From a virus, in IMG/VR virus record IMGVR_UViG_3300029503_000002, positions 1-40,721 of that record: a DNA stretch of 40,721 nucleotides; one strand, 5' to 3'. The notes beneath the pieces were generated by a model, which worked only from the letters and a program-made list of their open reading frames with translations, had not been told where the DNA came from and did no database searches. The position numbers and the translations under genes are program-made. Below are positions 18,737 to 26,069 of the stretch, piece by piece (position 1 is the stretch's first letter; each line of letters opens with the position of its first letter).

Positions 18737-19107
18737 TTTAAATCCCCTCCTTTAATTCCTCCCATTCGCTCCACAGCCTCCATCAGCAAGGCGATCACCT
18801 TGTCTTTGTCGGCGTTCGGCGAGTGGTTTTCTTTCCGCGCTGCGCAGATCAGCTCCCCTGCGCGGACCATATTTCGATTGTAAATCTGGTAGATTTTAAA
18901 TCTTTGGTTTTCTTCGCGTTTTGCATCCTCAAAAAGGCGTTCTGCCCTTTCTTTTTCCTCCAGCGCGCGGCGATTGGTAACGAGCCCCAGTTTCCAGTTT
19001 CCCAAAATCCCTGTGATGGTAGTGTATGCTAACTGCTCCGATTGGCTGCTGATTTTTGGCATAGTTGAGCCATTTTTCGCATATTCTACGATCGAAATAA
19101 AATCCAT
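18733..19107 (-). CDS. Hypothetical protein
   Basis: 124-aa ORF with an AAAGGAG RBS. First gene after the AT-rich gap. Confidence 0.5.
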   Translation of the reverse strand: MDFISIVEYAKNGSTMPKISSQSEQLAYTTITGILGNWKLGLVTNRRALEEKERAERLFEDAKREENQRFKIYQIYNRNMVRAGELICAARKENHSPNADKDKVIALLMEAVERMGGIKGGDLK

Positions 19108-19347
19108 TTTCTACTCCTTTCTAAGCATCCAAAGTAACCATGTAAACGTAACAATGTGTTTTGCATACTTTATATAAAAAATAAAAAAATTAAAATATTA
19201 TAAATTATTTATTTTTTAAATCTTTATAGTATATATTAGTTACATAGTTACTTTATAGATGTAATATATTTATATATGGCTTATTTATGCGGTTTTTAGG
19301 GTGTAACCCGAGTTGCAACTAACAGGTAACTGATTTTGGGCTAGTTA
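19108..19347. other. Very AT-rich non-coding region with short iterated motifs; candidate replication origin and/or middle promoter
   Basis: Largest gap in the minus-strand gene array. Tandem TAGTTAC (19237-19243, 19245-19251) is flanked by CTTTATAG (19222-19229, 19251-19258). Several GTAAC/GTTAC copies are present. It lies adjacent to the helicase/primase genes. Confidence 0.4.
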
Positions 19348-20817
19348 TCAAAAAGGGAGGTCAGAGCCGAGGTTTTTGCTGGAAGTTTGCTTAACCCAGC
19401 ACCTCTGTACTCCCCATCGGCTAGTGCGTTGTACACTTGGCACCTTAATCCAACCGGGCGCGCCTTGCATGATAAGCGCGAGCTCGTTGCTGTCCTTGCG
19501 TGTTGGCTTAAAACTCTCACCCAACGCCTGCTGCCATAGCTCGATGATGCACACGCTCTCTCCCTCTGCCTTGTCGTCAAGATAGGCTTTTATCATGCCC
19601 GACCTGTAGTCGTCTTCCAGCGCACTCTCCTGCCGGTACTGCGCTTCTGGTAGGATAGATTTGTCCAGCACCGGCGGCAGCTCGCCCTTTTGATAGAGCG
19701 CATAAGCCTCTGCCCAGCACTGCTCGATGTACTCCTGTATTTCTGCCTTGTGGTCAAAAAGGTCACGCCCCGAGCTGTTGCACTCTACCGGGTAATATCG
19801 TCGGTTTCCGGTCTTGTCGGTCAAAAACTCCGCCGTGTTGGTCGTGCCGATAAAGATGCATTGCCGGGGATTTTCAGTCACACGCTTATCGTAAGGCTTG
19901 CGGTATGTATCAGTTTGCCGTGAAAAGTAGCTCTTTGCCGCCTCCACCTCTTTGGTACGCTTGAGGGCGAGCAGCTCGCTCACCTCGCAAATCCAGCCTC
20001 CTTCTACAGCCTCTACGCCCCTCTGCCCGTCAATCTCGTTTACCTCTCGGAAAAACTTGTCGTCCATTGCCAGCCAACGAATGATGGTGGACTTGCCCTC
20101 GCCCTGCTTCTTCCCAATCAGCACCGCCATGTCCTCAAATTTGCACCCGGGATTAAAAGCCCTGTGGATACCGCCGGCGAAAATGAGCCGGGAAACCTCC
20201 TCAGAGTACGGACAATCATCCACCTTGAGCCACTCGATCAAAAAGCGCTTGATTCGGGGTTTGCCGTCCCAAGTGATGGATTGGATTTTCTCCCGCACCG
20301 GGTGATACCGGCGCTGATTAAATCGCACCCTGAGCGCATCGTCCAGCTTTTGGGGGCTGTAAATGCAGTAGTTTTGCTCGATATATCCGCGCAACCAACT
20401 ATCGTCCTCGTCTTTCCATCGCCTGATCTCCCCGCTGCTGATGCACTCGGGAGCGTTGGAAAGCTCGTTGTATAGGAGATAATCCTTCAAGAGCGGGTCA
20501 TTTTCTAAAATGGAAAGAAAATTTTCGATTGTTAGCTGGGGGTTCTTCCCGCCGTCAAACTTTAATGGTACGGTGCCTTGCTTGGTAAGCTCATGCTTTA
20601 CTTCAGACTTGTTGTAATTCTTTTCTTTTTCCTTAAAAGCTTTCAACGTCTTTTTAAACTCTGTTTTCGTTCGAAGCTCTGCAGCTCGCTTTTCCAATGC
20701 TTGAAAAGTCCGCTCGTATTTTACAGGGTCAGCGATTTCTAGCAGAGATAAAAACACATCATCTTTCAAAATATCGGCACATGAAAGGCAATCAATCGCC
20801 TCTTGTGTAAAGTCCAT
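19348..20817 (-). CDS. VirE-like / P4-D5-type replicative helicase-primase protein (P-loop NTPase)
   Basis: Start placed at ATG 20817 (MDFTQEAI) after a GAAAGGAGGG RBS. Walker A GKKQGEGKST. Confidence 0.7.
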   Translation of the reverse strand: MDFTQEAIDCLSCADILKDDVFLSLLEIADPVKYERTFQALEKRAAELRTKTEFKKTLKAFKEKEKNYNKSEVKHELTKQGTVPLKFDGGKNPQLTIENFLSILENDPLLKDYLLYNELSNAPECISSGEIRRWKDEDDSWLRGYIEQNYCIYSPQKLDDALRVRFNQRRYHPVREKIQSITWDGKPRIKRFLIEWLKVDDCPYSEEVSRLIFAGGIHRAFNPGCKFEDMAVLIGKKQGEGKSTIIRWLAMDDKFFREVNEIDGQRGVEAVEGGWICEVSELLALKRTKEVEAAKSYFSRQTDTYRKPYDKRVTENPRQCIFIGTTNTAEFLTDKTGNRRYYPVECNSSGRDLFDHKAEIQEYIEQCWAEAYALYQKGELPPVLDKSILPEAQYRQESALEDDYRSGMIKAYLDDKAEGESVCIIELWQQALGESFKPTRKDSNELALIMQGAPGWIKVPSVQRTSRWGVQRCWVKQTSSKNLGSDLPF

Positions 20818-20821
20818 CAGT

Positions 20822-21331
20822 TTATTCCCTCCTTTCCTGTTCAATTTCAGCATCCAGCCGCTCTATCTCTGCCGTTATCAACGCCTTTTCTTGCGCTTGC
20901 TCATGGGTAGTGGCTTCCATCCCTTTGCATTTGAGCCACTGTGCGCGTCTATACAGCACTTTTTGTTTTAAGCTATCCTGTTTCGCTTTTTGCTCAAAAA
21001 CTCGCCTATCCCGCTCCTGCTCGCGCTGGATAACCTCTCGCAGGCTTTGCTTCTGCCCGATAAGCCCAAGGTGGAAATCGCTGTCCAGTTTTGCCGCCGC
21101 CTGCCGGAATCCGTAGTGCTCCATCTCCATCACAAAATCAATCACGCTGCCGCCCTTGCCACAGCCAAAGCAGTGCCAGCTGTTTTGCTCAGGGTACACT
21201 TTCAAGCTCGCATCCCTGTCCCCGGCGTGGAACGGGCAGTGTATAAATCCTGCCCGCCCCGGTTCCAGGTGGTAAAGGGCAAGCACATCGGAGATACGCA
21301 CTCTGTCTTTAATTTCCCGTGCTAAATCCAT
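20822..21331 (-). CDS. CHC2 (DnaG-type) zinc-finger primase-like protein
   Basis: CPFHAGDRDASLKVYPEQNSWHCFGCGKGGSVIDFV is the CHC2 zinc-finger signature. Only 169 aa, with no obvious Toprim domain. Confidence 0.7.
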   Translation of the reverse strand: MDLAREIKDRVRISDVLALYHLEPGRAGFIHCPFHAGDRDASLKVYPEQNSWHCFGCGKGGSVIDFVMEMEHYGFRQAAAKLDSDFHLGLIGQKQSLREVIQREQERDRRVFEQKAKQDSLKQKVLYRRAQWLKCKGMEATTHEQAQEKALITAEIERLDAEIEQERRE

Positions 21332-21333
21332 CG

Positions 21334-21843
21334 TTACGCCTGCCCTTCTAGGTAAATTTTTGTTTCATAGCGGAGAATCGCTGCTATCATCTTGCCGGTA
21401 AGCTCTGGCGTGCAAAAGTAGACTCTTGCATCATATCGGGCTTGCCATGCTAGGATTGATGCTGTAAGCGCCTGTGGCTTCATCTGGCTGCGATAACTGC
21501 CTGCGTGTATCTTTTCCCAACTTGCGTTTTCTATCAGCAGATGGAGGCGCGTGCCTGCCTGTTGCGCTCGCTCAAACTCTCGTTCAAATCGCTTACGCTC
21601 TCGGGTAAAGCACTGGCACAGCTCATCTAGGCTCATCTTGCGCTCTACCACCACAGGCACCCGGCACAGCTCACCATCCAGCTCGATCTCGCAGCCATAG
21701 TCCCCGGCATCCAGCTTTTCACGCCGCCATCGGGGGAAGTCCTCTTTGCGTTTTCGGGCGCGCTCGGTATCCTGCTCGCGGGTATCAATCAGCACTGTGA
21801 GGGATTCCAGCGCGTCCCGAATCTCAAAAGGTGTGTAGCTCAT
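21334..21843 (-). CDS. ERCC4/XPF-type nuclease
   Basis: LIDTREQ ... DAGDY ... VVERK motif series. Confidence 0.55.
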   Translation of the reverse strand: MSYTPFEIRDALESLTVLIDTREQDTERARKRKEDFPRWRREKLDAGDYGCEIELDGELCRVPVVVERKMSLDELCQCFTRERKRFEREFERAQQAGTRLHLLIENASWEKIHAGSYRSQMKPQALTASILAWQARYDARVYFCTPELTGKMIAAILRYETKIYLEGQA

Positions 21844-21846
21844 GGC

Positions 21847-22425
21847 TTAAAACGGGAGGTCTTCTTCGTCCGTATCTGCTGCAATGTCCACGCTTACCGG
21901 TTTTTGGCTTGCATCTAAGGGCTTGTCCGCTGGGAGTTTAAATTCGCCGCTTCTCACTTTTGCTACATCGATAAAACTGTGCGGCTGTGCGCTCCATCCG
22001 GTTTTGCCGTTGTAAGCCCATTCTCGATTCTGGTACAGGCAGCCTACAATCTTACCTTTGAGCCCTTTTTCGTTCCAATCCCATTGGTAGCCCGGGTTAC
22101 TATCCTCGATAGCCTGTGTCGCACGCTTAAATGTTTTTTTGGTCCACTCGTCCTTGTCTGTGCCGTCTTCCTTCGGAACATACAGGCGCATTACGCCCTT
22201 CCACTTTTTGTCCTCCTGAGTCTGCGCATCGAAGTTCCGGCGGTAAAATCCTGCAAATTCACCGGTTGCAATCTCAAAGGCGATTTCCAGCTTGCTAAAG
22301 GCACTTCCATCCTTGCCGGTATAAGTTACCTCCTTAGCATCCATGATTTTTACCTCATAAGCGCCCTTTGGCAGCTTCTCGAAGTCGCTTACCTGTACGT
22401 TTTCGTATCCTGCAAATGGTTTCAT
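21847..22425 (-). CDS. DUF669-family protein (SSB-like partner of Sak4)
   Basis: 192 aa. The N-terminus YENVQVSDFEKLPKGAYEVKIMDAKEV and the acidic C-terminal tail DTDEEDLPF resemble an SSB tail. Located next to the Sak4-like ATPase. Confidence 0.55.
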   Translation of the reverse strand: MKPFAGYENVQVSDFEKLPKGAYEVKIMDAKEVTYTGKDGSAFSKLEIAFEIATGEFAGFYRRNFDAQTQEDKKWKGVMRLYVPKEDGTDKDEWTKKTFKRATQAIEDSNPGYQWDWNEKGLKGKIVGCLYQNREWAYNGKTGWSAQPHSFIDVAKVRSGEFKLPADKPLDASQKPVSVDIAADTDEEDLPF

Positions 22426-22428
22426 AAT

Positions 22429-23061
22429 TTATTCTACTCCTTTATTATTATTATCTAATCCCCAGTACTCTCGGATAGCAGTGTCTACAGCTTTCAAATC
22501 GTTGTCAATCCTGTCCTCTGCAAACATATCCATCGGGGTTTTTACAGTATCTGAGCCGCTGCTGTGGGTTTGGAAAAAATACTCTCCTTTTTCGATCCGC
22601 GCCATCAATACAATGGAGAACAGCCCCTCCAAAGTGAGCTTTTCGTCCAGCATCCTCCCCACCGTTTTAGCTTTGATTTTACCTTGCTCGTCCTCCTGCA
22701 CATGGTGCAAAAAATACACAATGCAATCCTCCGGCGTGCGCTTAATCACAAACTGGATTAAATCATAAAAGTTTTTTGCCATGTCTGTAAATTTGCCATA
22801 GCCGGTTTCTTTAGCTTTGTCAAACATCTCAAACACCAACAGATACTGGCTATCATCGATTACATAGCGCTTGAGACTTGGCTTTGATAGCGCTTTTAAG
22901 ATGGTGTGGTATGCCGCGTTATCAATCTTTTTGAGCGGCTTGCGAAACGGCAGGGGCTTGCTGGCAACGTTAAAAATGCCAACCTCGTCCGGCTCAAAAT
23001 TGCGCAACGATGCAGATTTCCCGCTACCGCTCTCGCCTAGAATCATCACCGGAATCCCCAT
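22429..23061 (-). CDS. Sak4-like RecA-family ATPase (recombination)
   Basis: Start at ATG 23061 (MGIPVMILGESGSGKS, Walker A) with a TAATG overlap with the upstream stop. Confidence 0.65.
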   Translation of the reverse strand: MGIPVMILGESGSGKSASLRNFEPDEVGIFNVASKPLPFRKPLKKIDNAAYHTILKALSKPSLKRYVIDDSQYLLVFEMFDKAKETGYGKFTDMAKNFYDLIQFVIKRTPEDCIVYFLHHVQEDEQGKIKAKTVGRMLDEKLTLEGLFSIVLMARIEKGEYFFQTHSSGSDTVKTPMDMFAEDRIDNDLKAVDTAIREYWGLDNNNKGVE

Positions 23062-23285
23062 TAGTCTCTCTCCTCTCCTGCATCCCTTAGCGGGCAATCC
23101 TCATCAATCTTGAGCTCCGCAAAAGGTAAAATCTCGCCTGTAATGCTGCAAACCTCGCGCTTGTGGTTACTCGGGTCCGCCACGCAAAAAGGGCAAACCC
23201 GGCAAACCTCCTGCCCCTCTGGAAAGTGTACTTTACTCACCAGTACCTTTGTGATGTATCGGCTGCATCCGCCTCGCTCTCTCAC
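23061..23285 (-). CDS. Small Cys-rich hypothetical protein
   Basis: 74 aa, GTG start overlapping the upstream TGA. CRVCPFC...C...C pattern. Confidence 0.45.
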   Translation of the reverse strand: MRERGGCSRYITKVLVSKVHFPEGQEVCRVCPFCVADPSNHKREVCSITGEILPFAELKIDEDCPLRDAGEERD

Positions 23286-23689
23286 TCCAGTTTCCTCCTC
23301 ACATACTCCAAAAAATTCGCATCATCCTGGCAAAAATCAACCTTTTGCTGCTCGATGTATTCCTTTTGCAGCGGTTTAAGTCCCTCTGCCAGATACCCGG
23401 CTTTTACCACTCTGAGCTGCTCGTCCGGGTCTGCATTGGCAAACAGCCAGTCGAGCCAAAACTCTGCCTCGTTTTGGGCAATGTACCCCGGCACAAAGTC
23501 CGCGCCCTGGCTCTCCAGATAATCATGCAAGCAATCGTTGCACACCCTGTCGCCATTGCCAAAAACCGCAATCTCGGTATCCGGCACCCACTGGTCGCAC
23601 GTATCGCATCGGCTGCACTCTACATCTTGGCACTGTGGGTCGTATCGCTCGGCACCTACAATCATGCCGTTTTCTATTGATTTGTCCAT
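23282..23689 (-). CDS. Cys-rich hypothetical protein
   Basis: Start placed at ATG 23689 (MDKSIENG) after a GGAGGAGGAAAGG RBS. CQDVECSRCDTCDQW...CNDC motifs. Confidence 0.55.
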   Translation of the reverse strand: MDKSIENGMIVGAERYDPQCQDVECSRCDTCDQWVPDTEIAVFGNGDRVCNDCLHDYLESQGADFVPGYIAQNEAEFWLDWLFANADPDEQLRVVKAGYLAEGLKPLQKEYIEQQKVDFCQDDANFLEYVRRKLE

Positions 23690-24030
23690 TGCCTTTCCTC
23701 CTCCAGTCTCGGCGCCATTACTACATCGCAAAACCGATTGACAAAACATCTGACGCCGGGCTTTTTGCGGCATAGCCGGATGCAAAACAGCGATTCTGTG
23801 GCAGATGTAGGAAAATCCCACATCCTGCTGATAGCCTGCTCAACCACGCGGATAACCGTGCTTGTACTTACGCCCATCTGCTCGGCTGTCTTATCGTACA
23901 GCCTGCATATCGGCTGCTTGCGCTCTGGGTCGCACATTATCATATAAGCGAGCCATTCTCTCGCTCGCCCTTTCGGGATGCCGATGGATGCCAGTTGCAG
24001 CTGCACCCACCGCTCATTTATTTTTATCAT
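23674..24030 (-). CDS. HTH (sigma region-4-like) protein
   Basis: 118 aa. KTAEQMGVSTSTVIRVVEQAISRM looks like an HTH. Confidence 0.45.
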   Translation of the reverse strand: MIKINERWVQLQLASIGIPKGRAREWLAYMIMCDPERKQPICRLYDKTAEQMGVSTSTVIRVVEQAISRMWDFPTSATESLFCIRLCRKKPGVRCFVNRFCDVVMAPRLEEERQWTNQ

Positions 24031-24078
24031 TGATTTTCTTTTCCTTTTCTGCTATTGTAGAGATGGATATTTTCTTTT

Positions 24079-24115
24079 GCCGCTTGCAGTCTGCTACACT
24101 GCCGGCGGCTTTTTT
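24079..24115 (+). terminator. Plus-strand-oriented intrinsic terminator inside a minus-strand operon
   Basis: gccgcttgcagt-ctgctac-actgccggcggc (about 11 bp of stem) followed by TTTTTT on the plus strand. The minus-strand reading has no U tract. Confidence 0.5.
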
Positions 24116-24347
24116 ATACCTTGCCTCTGGCTCTCCCGCCCTTGATGTCCATACACATCCGGCGCAGGTAAGAGGACCTGAAATTTTCATGTAGATGCCG
24201 CACCTCGGCGTAGTAGATACGTGAGTTGCGCTCATCTATGTAGCCATACGCAATCTTGGCAGGACAATCCGCACACTCCTCTGGCATCCCCTGCCACTGG
24301 CAGTGCGCGCAGGTTTCTCGGCATACCTTTTCGGGTCCGCCCTTCAT
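24114..24347 (-). CDS. Small Cys-rich hypothetical protein
   Basis: 77 aa with CAHCQW...CADC. ATGA overlap with the upstream mini-ORF. Confidence 0.45.
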   Translation of the reverse strand: MKGGPEKVCRETCAHCQWQGMPEECADCPAKIAYGYIDERNSRIYYAEVRHLHENFRSSYLRRMCMDIKGGRARGKV

Positions 24348-24499
24348 CCGGCTCGCCTCTCGTCTTCTGCTTTGCGGCGCATTTCTTCGACAATGTCGGT
24401 TGCTTTGCGCTGTGCGACTTTCTCAACAGCCCAGCCCAGAACACCGAGTACGATCATAAAGCCAAACATGAAACCTAAAACTATAACTACTCCTACCAT
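24344..24499 (-). CDS. Small single-pass membrane protein (51 aa)
   Basis: Manual ORF MVGVVIVLGFMFGFMIVLGVLGWAVEKVAQRKATDIVEEMRRKAEDERRAG, preceded by GGAGAA. Confidence 0.45.
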   Translation of the reverse strand: MVGVVIVLGFMFGFMIVLGVLGWAVEKVAQRKATDIVEEMRRKAEDERRAG

Positions 24500-24606
24500 C
24501 TGTTAAATTCTCCTTTCGACCATCTTGCAAGGATGTCCACAAACTTGTGTCCTACCAGCTCACCGTTTTTGATACGCTGCTTAATGCGGTTATGATACGG
24601 ACACAT
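24493..24606 (-). CDS. Mini-ORF (37 aa), hypothetical
   Basis: Manual ORF MCPYHNRIKQRIKNGELVGHKFVDILARWSKGEFNRW with a GAGGTGA RBS 6 nt upstream. Overlaps both neighbours. Confidence 0.35.
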   Translation of the reverse strand: MCPYHNRIKQRIKNGELVGHKFVDILARWSKGEFNRW

Positions 24607-24826
24607 TGTTTTTCACCTCGCCAATGGGAAAATACTTTGGAAGTTCATATCTTGAGATCTCCAGAGCGTCACAGATCTGATATGCAACATCCAATCTTGG
24701 AATTGTGCTGCCGTTCAGCATACGGGATATGTAACCATCCGCTTTTCCGATGATGTTACCCAGCTCTTTGTTGTTTAAGCCGCGTTCTACCATGCAGGCT
24801 TTGAGTCGTCTGAGCTTTGCCATCAT
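24590..24826 (-). CDS. XRE-family HTH protein
   Basis: 78 aa. LNNKELGNIIGKADGYISRMLNG is an HTH_3-like motif. Confidence 0.65.
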   Translation of the reverse strand: MMAKLRRLKACMVERGLNNKELGNIIGKADGYISRMLNGSTIPRLDVAYQICDALEISRYELPKYFPIGEVKNNVSVS

Positions 24827-25596
24827 AATTCCTCCTTATTGAGAAACAGGTTGATAAAGTAAACCTGACCTTTTCCGGTTACCTTTGGTGTTTTGCTGAT
24901 CTTGATACTTCCATCAGGGTTGTTGATGGTGGTTTCCTTAATCTCAAACAGCCCCATATCCATCGACCGCTGTGTTGGCATATTGTAGTCTGTGCCATTG
25001 CGTTTGATAAGGTAGCCATTCTGACGCAGCCACTCAAACAGGCGGTTTTGTCCGATGTTGATGCCGTTCTGCTTCAGCATCTTCGCCAACTCACCAATCA
25101 GGATGGATGTTTTTGACGTTTCTACTGCACCGGTGAACAGGACTGCTGGCTTCTGGCTCTCAATCTGCGCTTCCAGTGCCTTGCGCTTCTCCTGCTCGTC
25201 TTTCAGGTTCTGTGCAAGCTGCATCAGGGTATCGGGACTAAGCAGGACCTTTTCCAGCGTTTCCGGTGTCATGTATGCGCCATGTTTGCGGATAGATGGG
25301 ATAACCTCGTTTGTCACCCAGCGTTTAAACTTCTTGGCGGTTGGTAGCTTGCTGGAAAGCACCAGACTGTACAAGCCGGATTCGTTGATGATGGTCATTT
25401 GTCTGTTCTGACCTGAGCCGTCAAATCGACGGGTCAGCTTATCTTCGTCATCAATGTGTTTTCTGAGAGCTTGGTCTGTATCACCATATCCGAGAATAGC
25501 CGCCACATCCTTGCCAACAAACCAAGGCTCGCCGTCCTTCTCGATGGTACGAATTGCCCCAAACTCTGGGCTATTGAAAATCTGTAAATCAGTCAT
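24823..25596 (-). CDS. Bro-N / KilAC-type antirepressor-like protein
   Basis: The N-terminus MTDLQIFNSPEFGAIRTIEKDGEPWFVGKDVAAILGY is the Bro-N signature. The C-terminal half is KilAC/ANT-like. Confidence 0.7.
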   Translation of the reverse strand: MTDLQIFNSPEFGAIRTIEKDGEPWFVGKDVAAILGYGDTDQALRKHIDDEDKLTRRFDGSGQNRQMTIINESGLYSLVLSSKLPTAKKFKRWVTNEVIPSIRKHGAYMTPETLEKVLLSPDTLMQLAQNLKDEQEKRKALEAQIESQKPAVLFTGAVETSKTSILIGELAKMLKQNGINIGQNRLFEWLRQNGYLIKRNGTDYNMPTQRSMDMGLFEIKETTINNPDGSIKISKTPKVTGKGQVYFINLFLNKEEL

Positions 25597-25609
25597 GTTT
25601 GACCTCCTT

Positions 25610-25636
25610 TTGATACTCTCCCATTCGTGCTATAAT
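25610..25636 (+). promoter_or_regulatory. Putative sigma-70 promoter with extended -10 (TTGATA-15-TGcTATAAT)
   Basis: TTGATA at 25610-25615, TG at 25628-25629, TATAAT at 25631-25636, about 25 nt upstream of the GGAAGGGAGG RBS. The spacer is short, which lowers confidence. Confidence 0.4.
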
Positions 25637-25660
25637 GGAGCAGGAAGGGAGGTGAATAAA

Positions 25661-25885
25661 ATGATAGATTTTTCAAAAATCGTTTCTTCCGCACAGAAAA
25701 AAGCAATTTCTGTAATGACAAGCGAGCCTGTTATCAAAGACGTAAAAGAAACTTCCGAAAACAAAGAATTTTTGGAAATGGTAAACTATGATAAGGCTCA
25801 AATAGAATTTGTAGTATCTTTGCTGGAAGAATATCACAAGGAACTAAAAGCAGAATTGCAAAAATCGGGAATTAATCTCGATTAG
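25661..25885 (+). CDS. Hypothetical 74-aa protein on the opposite strand of the early operon
   Basis: ATG 25661 preceded by GGAAGGGAGGTG. MIDFSKIVSSAQKK...; the 3' end overlaps the convergent gene by 14 nt. Confidence 0.55.
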   Translation: MIDFSKIVSSAQKKAISVMTSEPVIKDVKETSENKEFLEMVNYDKAQIEFVVSLLEEYHKELKAELQKSGINLD

Positions 25886-26054
25886 CAATTTCATTCAAGG
25901 CAACCATAAACGCATCAAGCCTTGAATGATTTTGTTCCTTTCCGGAAAGCGAATCGATAATCTGTTGTGCTTCTCGCAAAAGCTCAACAAGTCGGTTCGC
26001 TTTTTCTATTGCGTTGTCAAGTTCTTTGCAGTTTACTGTAATGGTATTTTCCAT
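25872..26054 (-). CDS. Hypothetical 60-aa helical protein
   Basis: ORF with a GAGAGGAAGTGA RBS, in the early operon. Confidence 0.5.
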   Translation of the reverse strand: MENTITVNCKELDNAIEKANRLVELLREAQQIIDSLSGKEQNHSRLDAFMVALNEIANRD

Positions 26055-26069
26055 CCGATCACTTCCTCT

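Noticed and set aside
19341-19580. ORF 19341-19580 (79 aa, Arg/Ser-rich)
   Set aside because: It is an out-of-frame overlap with the 3' end of the VirE-like gene in a GC-rich region and has no RBS.
24014-24444. ORFs 24014-24235 and 24232-24444 on the minus strand, and several plus-strand ORFs in 24221-24506
   Set aside because: They are alternative frames in a GC-rich stretch. The chain 24499->24344->24114, with ATGA coupling and ribosome binding sites, explains the region better.
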